In this document: positions 18,293-25,394 of the stretch, piece after piece
How positions within the stretch are numbered: position 1 is the stretch's first letter
How the letters are laid out: the number at the start of each line of letters is the position of its first letter
Source: a virus
Lineage: Duplodnaviria; Caudoviricetes
DNA: 31,088 nucleotides
IMG/VR virus record: IMGVR_UViG_3300005512_000209
Location: 1 to 31,088 of that record
Direction: 5' to 3' (one strand)
Position numbers and translations under genes: made by a program
Notes under the pieces: generated by a model
What the model saw: only the letters and a program-made list of their open reading frames with translations
Databases searched by the model: none
Told to the model about the DNA's origin: nothing

Positions 18293-18321
18293 TTGACGTC
18301 CTTTCGTGGCCACGGTATGCT
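18293..18321 (+). promoter_or_regulatory. Sigma70-type promoter of the small-gene operon
   Basis: TTGACG (18293-98), 17-nt spacer, TATGCT (18316-21); AAGGAG SD downstream. Confidence 0.8.
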
Positions 18322-18342
18322 CACTGTGAACCCACGAAAGGA
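18299..18342. promoter_or_regulatory. 11-bp inverted repeat, candidate operator
   Basis: TCCTTTCGTGG 18299-309 / CCACGAAAGGA 18332-42, perfect, 22-nt gap, flanking the -10 and overlapping the SD. Confidence 0.7.
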
Positions 18343-18348
18343 GCCACG

Positions 18349-18660
18349 ATGGCCAGAATCAAGCCCCTGCGTATCCGCCTGTCCGATGACGAGCGGGCCG
18401 CTCTCGACGCCGAAGCCGAGCGTCACCACCTACCCACGGCGACGTGGGCGCGGATGGCGCTCATGTCCATGGTCGCCGTGTCGAGCAGGACGCCGATCCT
18501 GCTGCGCCCTGCGAGCACGGCGTACCTGACCGCGGCGGGGGAAGACCTCGACCGCGAGGCCGATCAGCTCGGAGTTCCGCCGCGGCAGCCTGGAGAGGCC
18601 GACTCCGATCTTCGGCAAAGGATCTGTGACAAGTACGCGGCTTGGCGGAGGGAGGGGTGA
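18349..18660 (+). CDS. Ribbon-helix-helix (CopG/MobC-like) regulator with C-terminal extension (103 aa)
   Basis: KPLRIRLSDDERAALDAEAERHHLPTATWARMAL fits the RHH strand-helix-helix pattern; strong SD and promoter. Confidence 0.75.
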   Translation: MARIKPLRIRLSDDERAALDAEAERHHLPTATWARMALMSMVAVSSRTPILLRPASTAYLTAAGEDLDREADQLGVPPRQPGEADSDLRQRICDKYAAWRREG

Positions 18661-19097
18661 TGCCTGACTTCCACGGCTACCCCCAGCACCCCGACGCCCA
18701 CCCAGAGAGGCCCTGGTGGCGGCTCGCAAACCCCTGGACCGATGGCGGTGTTTGGCGCAGGACGGATGGTCAGAGCACCGCGCGGTTCAACGTGCCCTCC
18801 ACCTATTGGGGCAGTCCAGAGCAATACCACACCCACATCATGGGGATAGCGCGCCAGCAGGATGATTATTTGGCCCGCATCGACACCACCAACCCCCTCC
18901 CTCCCCCGCACCCGCGCTGCGGTCAGGTGTGGATTTGCGACGACAACGAAGAACGCCTGGTTGTTGCTGTCCAGAACGGCTGTCCCGTGTTCGGTGGCCA
19001 TCCGCTCGGGTTTGCGCTGAACTGGCCCCCAGCAGGCGCCGTCCTCGTAGACGGCCACGGAGCACCCTGGGCTCCGATGGGAGGTTCCGATGCTTGA
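18660..19097 (+). CDS. Hypothetical protein, Trp/Pro-rich (145 aa)
   Basis: TGATG overlap; GGAGG SD. Confidence 0.7.
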   Translation: MPDFHGYPQHPDAHPERPWWRLANPWTDGGVWRRTDGQSTARFNVPSTYWGSPEQYHTHIMGIARQQDDYLARIDTTNPLPPPHPRCGQVWICDDNEERLVVAVQNGCPVFGGHPLGFALNWPPAGAVLVDGHGAPWAPMGGSDA

Positions 19098-19553
19098 CCA
19101 GCCCTGGCAAGACATCGCCCGCGAGTGGGTGGCCCCGTGGTCGTGGTGCGTCCTGTCAGACGGCCGTACGTCCGGCGTCAAGATGACAGGACGATTGGGA
19201 ACGCCAGGCGGCAAGGTCTACACCGTGCGCACGAAGCAGGGAACGAAGAACATCACCGCCAGCATGGCCTTTGTAGACCTCACCCACCCGCCCACAGCCC
19301 GCGAAGCCGTCGCCCGCCTGGCCCTGGTCCTCGGGGCCCCGGAGGAGGTGGTGGCGGAGGGGGTGGTGTTCCACTGCGACCGCAACACCGGGTGGTGGAA
19401 CCTCCTCGCTGGGCCATGGGAGACCATGGACGTGGGGACAATGCCCGGGTGGTGGGCCTACGATCTTGCGAGAGACATACCCGCCGACCAGCGCCCCCTC
19501 GCCATCGCCCTGGCCTGGCGCGAGGCGAGGATGGCGAAGGGCGCGAGGGATGA
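19090..19553 (+). CDS. Hypothetical protein (about 154 aa); 3' end uncertain because the frame stays open to 19995
   Basis: GGAGG SD, ATG 19090; protein-like to about WREAR; the expected coupled TGA (19551-53) is out of frame. Confidence 0.55.
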
Positions 19554-19735
19554 AGCAGGAAAGCCTCAACTACGACCTGGGCCTGATCCGTCCCTGGAAG
19601 AGTCGTCAGTGCGCACGATGCGGGGCAACTCCTGCTGTCGCCACGCTGAACATCGAAGCGGTCATCCACCACGGATCAAAACTGGAGTGCGTCGATCGCA
19701 AGGAATGCAAGCGTCGAGCACGGAGGACGCGATGA
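19550..19735 (+). CDS. Small Zn-finger-like protein (61 aa)
   Basis: ATG 19550; CARC...CVDRKEC; its TGA overlaps ATG 19732. Confidence 0.6.
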   Translation: MKQESLNYDLGLIRPWKSRQCARCGATPAVATLNIEAVIHHGSKLECVDRKECKRRARRTR

Positions 19736-19995
19736 AACTCACCCCCGAATCCATGCAGGCCATCCTCGACAAGCTCTGCAACGGGCCCGTTCACGAGGAC
19801 GTCCACGCTGTCGCTGGCGGCATCACGTCGAGGACCACCCATGCTCTCGGCGGTGGCCGCCTGCTCTCGATCTGCGACCCGGAGACGGGCGAGACCATCT
19901 GCAGGGCATCCGTCCAACTCGTCACCGCGCACGAGTTCCCAGCGTCGGGCGTGATGCGCGTCGAGCTGCTGGTGGTTGATGGGGGTGAGGGATGA
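19732..19995 (+). CDS. Hypothetical protein (87 aa, MKLTPESMQAILDKL...)
   Basis: GGAGG SD, ATGA overlap; in frame with the 19090 ORF. Confidence 0.65.
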   Translation: MKLTPESMQAILDKLCNGPVHEDVHAVAGGITSRTTHALGGGRLLSICDPETGETICRASVQLVTAHEFPASGVMRVELLVVDGGEG

Positions 19996-20303
19996 GGGTG
20001 GCCACTGTCTTTGCCCTTCTGTTTTCGTCAGCCTGCGCTCGACAGAACACCCAGACGGCGCAGGCCCCCGACCCTGGGCAGTCCACGCCCGTCTACGCCG
20101 ACGGGCTCGTGATGGTCGGGACCGAGCGAATCGGTGGCCACTTCGTGACCAGGTTCGTGGACTGCGACACGCGCGCCGTCTGCTACTTTTACCAGGGTGG
20201 GCTGTCTTGCGTCACCCAGCAGCCTCCGCCGGACACCATCTACCACTTGTCATCGCTTCGTGTTCGCGCGGTCGTCAATGACGTGTGCTGGGGGCCGGGA
20301 TGA
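19992..20303 (+). CDS. Putative lipoprotein (103 aa)
   Basis: MRVATVFALLFSSA|C signal/lipobox; ATGA overlaps at both ends. Confidence 0.72.
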   Translation: MRVATVFALLFSSACARQNTQTAQAPDPGQSTPVYADGLVMVGTERIGGHFVTRFVDCDTRAVCYFYQGGLSCVTQQPPPDTIYHLSSLRVRAVVNDVCWGPG

Positions 20304-20518
20304 ACCGCCAAGACCGTGGCTTCCTCGAGCGGCGCGATCTCGACTCGGCCGACTACGCCGAGTGCAAGGTCTGTTTCGCGACCGGACCCTACAACGGCGA
20401 GACGTGCTGCCCGTTGTGCGGTGGCGACCTGTGGGGGTTCGAGCCGCAGACACACGACTGGCGCTCGTATCGCTGGTGGGACGAGACCGGGAGAACCGGT
20501 GAACGGAGGACGCGATGA
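20300..20518 (+). CDS. Zn-ribbon-like protein (72 aa)
   Basis: CKVC...CPLC; ATGA overlaps. Confidence 0.7.
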   Translation: MNRQDRGFLERRDLDSADYAECKVCFATGPYNGETCCPLCGGDLWGFEPQTHDWRSYRWWDETGRTGERRTR

Positions 20519-20964
20519 GCCTCACCATCGACCGGAGCGGCGTCTACGTCTCCTGCTTCCTGTTCTCCATCCTCGCCGACAGCATGGGCGGGTGGTTCCG
20601 CTTCGGGCGCTGCGGGCCTGGGTTCGCCGTACACGACCGCAAGCGCAGCCCAGCGCCGTTCTCGGTTCGGGCGGGCGGGGTCAAAGAGTGGAGGGTAGGC
20701 AGGCTCGGGTTCCAGCGACTCGCCCGCGTCGAGCCCGAGGTCCCGTGGGCTGTCGATGGCAGCGGCTGGCCCGATCCCCTGTTCGGCAACGTGGACATCC
20801 AGGTGCTCTCGGTCGCGGCCAGGAACTCGGCGCAGACCATGGACAGGATGCTGGAGTTTGCCGAGGTGCACGGGGTCGAGTTCGCCGAGGACGTGTGCCC
20901 GGACTGCTCGCGGTGTGTGTTCGCGGATCTGTGCTCGAGGGCTGCTGTCGAGAGGGCGCGGTGA
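20515..20964 (+). CDS. Hypothetical protein with C-terminal Cys cluster (149 aa)
   Basis: GGAGG SD, ATGA overlap; CPDCSRC....LC. Confidence 0.65.
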   Translation: MSLTIDRSGVYVSCFLFSILADSMGGWFRFGRCGPGFAVHDRKRSPAPFSVRAGGVKEWRVGRLGFQRLARVEPEVPWAVDGSGWPDPLFGNVDIQVLSVAARNSAQTMDRMLEFAEVHGVEFAEDVCPDCSRCVFADLCSRAAVERAR

Positions 20965-21170
20965 TGGCCTTCCAGGTATTCCATGAGATCAGTCCGGGTT
21001 CGTGGGTTCACCGCCCGTGGTGGAAGCGAGCCATCAACACAGCCCTACGCGCTGTCCAGCACGGTCGTCCAAGGATGCTGCTGGTCTACAGCAAAACCGT
21101 CGCCGACGACAACGGGCGCCCGCTGTGGTGCTATGGCTACGGGTTTGGGTGGATCGGGATGAGATCATGA
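20964..21170 (+). CDS. Hypothetical protein (68 aa, MAFQVFHEISPG...)
   Basis: TGATG overlap, GAGG SD; stop overlaps the next ATG. Confidence 0.65.
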   Translation: MAFQVFHEISPGSWVHRPWWKRAINTALRAVQHGRPRMLLVYSKTVADDNGRPLWCYGYGFGWIGMRS

Positions 21171-21394
21171 CCCCTGAAGGCTGGCGCCGCGCGATCCTGA
21201 TGGCGGTCGCTAACCACGAGGCGGGCGATGACTCCATGCTCGACGGGTTGGCGATGGCGCTCCACGAATCCGACCGCGCCAAACAGCGGCTGCACGAAGC
21301 AGGATGTGGCTGCACGGGGGTCGGAATCCTCGACTCGGCCGCCACGGCTGCGGACATGATCGCGGACCTGCTGGGTGGGAGGGTTGGGCCATGA
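21167..21394 (+). CDS. Hypothetical protein (75 aa, MTPEGWRRAIL...)
   Basis: ATGA overlaps at both ends. Confidence 0.65.
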   Translation: MTPEGWRRAILMAVANHEAGDDSMLDGLAMALHESDRAKQRLHEAGCGCTGVGILDSAATAADMIADLLGGRVGP

Positions 21395-21654
21395 CCCACG
21401 CCGAGTGGAGAGACCTGCAAGAACTCCGCAAGCGAGCCGCGGAAGTTGCGCCCGGGCTGGTGGTCGAAAGCGTCAGGCACGAAGGTCTGGAGGCGCGCGT
21501 CGTGTTCAGCGGATGCGGGCTGGCCTACGCCTACAGCATCTCGATCATGGAATGGCACTTCTCGCCAGACGGGGCGATGAATGCGATTCTGCGCACCATT
21601 CTCGACCTGATGAGAAGAAGGGTCGATGGGCCTACAACCCCACGCTCGACCTGA
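21391..21654 (+). CDS. Hypothetical protein (87 aa, MTHAEWRDLQ...)
   Basis: GGAGG SD, ATGA overlap; 3' end overlaps the convergent gp7 gene by 23 nt. Confidence 0.65.
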   Translation: MTHAEWRDLQELRKRAAEVAPGLVVESVRHEGLEARVVFSGCGLAYAYSISIMEWHFSPDGAMNAILRTILDLMRRRVDGPTTPRST

Positions 21655-23362
21655 CGCCCTTGCGGATCTCCGAAATGCGTTTGGCGTTCCAGTCCGAGAA
21701 TTGGCTTTGATTCGGAATCTCCCCCCTCACCGTCGGGCTCGCCTGCATCCAGACCAGCTCGGCCTCCTTGCGGGCCTCGGCCTCGGCGAGCAGGCGTTGA
21801 CGTTCGGCGGCGCCCTTCTTGAGGACGGGGAGGGCGACGCATCGGCAGTTGTGCACTACCAGGCCCGCCGCCACATACCACCCGCTGTCCGTCTCCAGGT
21901 TGTAGACGTAGCCGGAGAACGGGACTTTGCGGACAGCGGACACCATGGCTGGGCGTAGAGCGCCAGGCTCACGGTTCAGCGCTACAGCGTTCAGTAGCGC
22001 CCCGTCGTCGTCGCTCACCGGGCGCGGCGGCCCTGGGTCCACCTTGGCGATCTCGACCACGCTCGGCGAGCTGTCGCCGTGGAACGCCCCTGGCGCGCAC
22101 GTGGCGGTCATGGCGTCGCCGTCAGCCCAGAACTCGGCGAACACATCGGCGATCTTGACCTTCCCGTTTCCTGTGGCGCGGAACACATCCTCACCCACCT
22201 CAACGAGATGCGCGGGGACCCATCCGCGCCGCGTGAGTATCGGATGGTTCGGTGTCGAACGAAGCGTTTCACCCGTGGCCGTGACGATCTCGGTCAGTTC
22301 ACCGCCGAACCAGCGCCGGTATCCTACTCGTGCGAGATGACAGAGCGACACGTCGGTATCACCTGGTAGGCACTGCCAAACCTCCCCCGGATGCCCCCTG
22401 CGCCCCCTGTTGTCAGCGATGGGCGGCTCGCTCCACTTGAAGATTTTGCCGTCCAGGTTCGCGTGCGCCTGCCTGACCCGGCTGTCACCCGACGTGCTCC
22501 ACTGGTACTCATCCACGCCCAGGTCTTCCATGCGCTGCTGGGCGATGCGGCTGGACAGGTTCGCGGTCTGGTCCCTGGCGATGAACGAGGCCTTGGACCA
22601 CGTCAGGTCGAAGCGCTTCTGGTACTCGCGGGCCAGGTCCAGGGTGGGTACGCCGCGCGCTACCGCCATCACGACGTCGTCCACCGTCCTCTCCAGGTCG
22701 TCGAGGCCCTGGTGCAGCAGGATGGATTCGATCTCCTTGTTCGCCGCGATCCACTCCCGGATGTCTCGCGCGGGCAGGTCGGTAGCGAGGGGCACGTTGT
22801 AGAGCTTGGACAACTCGCGGTCGGTGGCGTCGGTCGTGTCCTCGTCGATCTCGCGCCCGATCATGCCCAGGGCTTCCTCATCGCCCGCGATCAGGTCGTC
22901 GAGGATGGAGCGGACTACCTGGATGACCTCGGCAGCCGATGGGGAGTCGAGGCGGACGTTCGAGTGCATGCGCCCTGCCAGGACCTTCGCGGCCTTGGAG
23001 TCGATGCGCACGCCTTCTCTGTTGAGGGTGCCCCGGATCTCGCGAAACCTCTCGACCTCCTTTGCCTCGGCGCGGATGGACGGACCGGCGTAGCGCATGA
23101 CCAGGTCGTAGACGAGCTTCCACCGGCTCTGGAGCAGGTCGGCGTGCAGCTGCTCGAGGCGGTCGCTGTACCTCGGCACGCGCCCGGAGAACGGCCCCCC
23201 TGCCCTCTTGGCGTCCATGCGGGCTGCGGGCCAGAGCGAGTTGTCGCGGGCGAGCCTGCGCGCAGACCGGCGGCGGGCGAACTTGGCGGCCTCCTGCGGC
23301 GTCGCGTGGACGATGCGGGAGCGGCCCGAGACCCAGCCGGTGTCTACTTGGTAGAGAGGCAT
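21632..23362 (-). CDS. Head morphogenesis/minor capsid protein, SPP1 gp7/MuF family, intein-containing (576-aa precursor, about 401 aa spliced)
   Basis: FIARDQTA, YQWSTSGDSRVR..HA.LDGKIFKW, HPGEVWQ//CRCVALP motifs; GAGGA SD. Confidence 0.92.
   Translation of the reverse strand: MPLYQVDTGWVSGRSRIVHATPQEAAKFARRRSARRLARDNSLWPAARMDAKRAGGPFSGRVPRYSDRLEQLHADLLQSRWKLVYDLVMRYAGPSIRAEAKEVERFREIRGTLNREGVRIDSKAAKVLAGRMHSNVRLDSPSAAEVIQVVRSILDDLIAGDEEALGMIGREIDEDTTDATDRELSKLYNVPLATDLPARDIREWIAANKEIESILLHQGLDDLERTVDDVVMAVARGVPTLDLAREYQKRFDLTWSKASFIARDQTANLSSRIAQQRMEDLGVDEYQWSTSGDSRVRQAHANLDGKIFKWSEPPIADNRGRRGHPGEVWQCLPGDTDVSLCHLARVGYRRWFGGELTEIVTATGETLRSTPNHPILTRRGWVPAHLVEVGEDVFRATGNGKVKIADVFAEFWADGDAMTATCAPGAFHGDSSPSVVEIAKVDPGPPRPVSDDDGALLNAVALNREPGALRPAMVSAVRKVPFSGYVYNLETDSGWYVAAGLVVHNCRCVALPVLKKGAAERQRLLAEAEARKEAELVWMQASPTVRGEIPNQSQFSDWNAKRISEIRKGVRSSVGL
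21848..22372 (-). mobile_element. Mini-intein (175 aa, Hint domain, no homing endonuclease)
   Basis: Block A CLPGDT, block B LRSTPNHPILTRRGW, blocks F/G VYNLETDSGWYVAAGLVVHN followed by Cys+1; excision restores HPGEVWQCRC. Confidence 0.93.
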
Positions 23363-23550
23363 TGGTCCTCACCCGGCGGCCGGTACACCACCATATCCCC
23401 CGACGGGTGTAGCCAGATCAGCCGGGCCAGGGGCTCTCTCGACTCGCGGGGCAGGTCGGCCCACTGGACCCCGAGCGCGTCCACGGCCTCGAGGAACTCG
23501 CGGACGGGGGTCAGGTCCAGGACGAGGGCGGCGGGCTTGCGGTCACTCAC
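23344..23550 (-). CDS. Small hypothetical protein (68 aa)
   Basis: GTG overlaps the portal 3' end and the ORF fills the gap to gp7; no clear SD. Confidence 0.55.
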   Translation of the reverse strand: MSDRKPAALVLDLTPVREFLEAVDALGVQWADLPRESREPLARLIWLHPSGDMVVYRPPGEDQCLSTK

Positions 23551-25360
23551 GATTCGCCCCCACGATACCCTCGGCCCACGTCTTCGCGGTGTCTCCGCCC
23601 CAGCCCAGCCAGGCGACCAGGCCCGCGTCTTTCCACGGCTCGTCTTCGTGCTCGGGAGCGACGGTCTCGTTGCCCTCGTGGCGCGCGAACCAGGCGGCCA
23701 TCTCGATCACGTCCTGGCCCTTGACCGTGCCCCCTGCCAGTTGGCGAGCCCGACGCCATCCGGTCGCGGTCATGCCTTCGACGGCGCTTCCGTGCTTGTC
23801 TCGCCAGGCCAGCACCTTCTCGGCGTTGCCCTTGGCTCCGGCGGGGACCTTGTACTCCTTCGCGCGGAAGTCGTCGGGGTAGGCGTCGGAGCGGCCCGCC
23901 AACGCCTCCTCGACCATGCGTTGAGCGGCAGCCTCGGCCTCGGGGTCGCCTTGGGGCGCGGGTCGCTCGGGGATGTCCTCGACCGGCTGCAGGTCGATCT
24001 GGTAGCCGCCCTGCTGGCCGTAGCGCATCCGGCGGATCTCGTCGGGGGTCAGCACCCCGTCCAGGATCGCGGCGGCGTCGGCCTGGGTGTGGACCAGGCG
24101 GATGTCGGCGCGCTCGCGTTCGGACAGGTCGCCCAGCGGCGGGAACGACACACCCCACTCGTCGGGGATCGTGCCGATGGTGGAGTGGTACAGGACCGGG
24201 AGCAGCCGCTCGAGCTGGGGGCGGTAGCGGTCCTCCCACCAGTCCCCGACCGACTGATACCACAGCGCCTGCCAGCTGGACCCGTCGGTGTTGAGCCCGC
24301 CGGGGGCCTCGCCGAAGAGCAAGGTCATAGGGGCGCCGAGGACGAGGGCCAGCTCCATCTTCGCGTGGTCGCTGATGTCCCGGTAGCCGCTCGGGTTCGC
24401 GGCGATGCGCTGGAACTCCTCGCCTGGGGAGAGCAGGACGGCGTTGGCTACCGACTTCATCATGTTGAGGGTGCGGATGCGGCTGATCCACGATGCCGAC
24501 TCGTCACCGGATGCGCGAGGGGGTGCGACCTTGAACACGGCGATGGAGAGCTCTTGGGCCACCCGGGCGCCCGCGCTCCCGGTCTGCGACAGGTTGCGGC
24601 AGGCGTCCCAGATGGTCTGTCCCACCGCGTCCGCGCCCCACGCTGCGGAGTAGTCGGAGCCCGCGAAGGGCAGTTCGGACGGCGGCAGGTCGTCGCCGTA
24701 GAACCGGAGCAGGCGCGAGGCGTGGACGTTGTCGAGCTGCCACTTCTTGCCGTTGACGGTCGCCATGGCGCGACGGGGCTGGATGCTGTAGTGCGTCGGA
24801 GCGCCGAGGGTGCCTGTGGACAGGTCGGCGTTGTAGCGCAGGGGCCAGAACTCGCGGCGGTCGAAGATCTCGAGGCGGTGCAGGCGCTTGACCTTGGTCG
24901 GGTCCAGGGGCTCGGACAGGGGCGCGGGGTCGTCGGTGACCATCAGGACCATGCACTCGCCCAGGCCTCGGCCCCAGGTGTCGGCGCGGCGGAAGGTCGC
25001 GCGCACGTTCAGGGTCTTCATCTCGGCGTGCAGTGGATGCTCGCTCTTGGTGTCGTCGGTGATGATCCAGGGCTTCGTGGTCGCCCAGCTGGGATGGAGC
25101 TGGCAGATCCGGCGGTAGAGCCCACCACGGAGCAGGGCCACGAGCTCGTCGGTGGTCAGGTACTCGCGCTCGGTGTTCGGCCTCGCCTGCGCCCCGGAGT
25201 CGCGGTAGCCCCCGAGCCCGGACAGCGGGTTGCTCATCGCCGACCCGCTGTAGTTGGACTGGTTGCTGTAGCCGTCGGTCGATGACGAGTCGGTTCGGAG
25301 ATCGACGGGGGAAGGCGGGGCGCCTGCGATGGCGGTACGGATTCGGTCGCGTAGGGACAT
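23543..25360 (-). CDS. Portal protein, DUF1073-like, with an extra C-terminal domain (605 aa)
   Basis: AGGAGG SD, ATG 25360; VHASRLLRF.G, PMTLLFGEAPGGLN..G, FPPL..LSERERA, GVLTPDEIR motifs; follows terL. Confidence 0.9.
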   Translation of the reverse strand: MSLRDRIRTAIAGAPPSPVDLRTDSSSTDGYSNQSNYSGSAMSNPLSGLGGYRDSGAQARPNTEREYLTTDELVALLRGGLYRRICQLHPSWATTKPWIITDDTKSEHPLHAEMKTLNVRATFRRADTWGRGLGECMVLMVTDDPAPLSEPLDPTKVKRLHRLEIFDRREFWPLRYNADLSTGTLGAPTHYSIQPRRAMATVNGKKWQLDNVHASRLLRFYGDDLPPSELPFAGSDYSAAWGADAVGQTIWDACRNLSQTGSAGARVAQELSIAVFKVAPPRASGDESASWISRIRTLNMMKSVANAVLLSPGEEFQRIAANPSGYRDISDHAKMELALVLGAPMTLLFGEAPGGLNTDGSSWQALWYQSVGDWWEDRYRPQLERLLPVLYHSTIGTIPDEWGVSFPPLGDLSERERADIRLVHTQADAAAILDGVLTPDEIRRMRYGQQGGYQIDLQPVEDIPERPAPQGDPEAEAAAQRMVEEALAGRSDAYPDDFRAKEYKVPAGAKGNAEKVLAWRDKHGSAVEGMTATGWRRARQLAGGTVKGQDVIEMAAWFARHEGNETVAPEHEDEPWKDAGLVAWLGWGGDTAKTWAEGIVGANRE

Positions 25361-25394
25361 GGGGCCTCCTGGCCTGCTCGTCGTATGGTAGCAC

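Noticed and set aside
21632-21847. MuF polymorphic toxin with a Hint-released toxin domain
   Set aside because: The segment after the Hint domain is the gp7 CRC motif plus a short helical tail; no toxin motif and no co-oriented immunity gene.
22391-25285. 964-aa plus-strand ORF and other long plus-strand ORFs over the structural genes (e.g. 1009..2325, 9292..10935, 14209..15405, 25422..26747)
   Set aside because: Antisense shadows of well-supported minus-strand genes; stop codons are scarce in GC-rich DNA and no motifs are recognisable.
23543-25360. Anti-CBASS Acb1 (2H phosphoesterase) fusion in the portal
   Set aside because: No paired HxT/HxS motifs in the C-terminal domain; it is a different domain.
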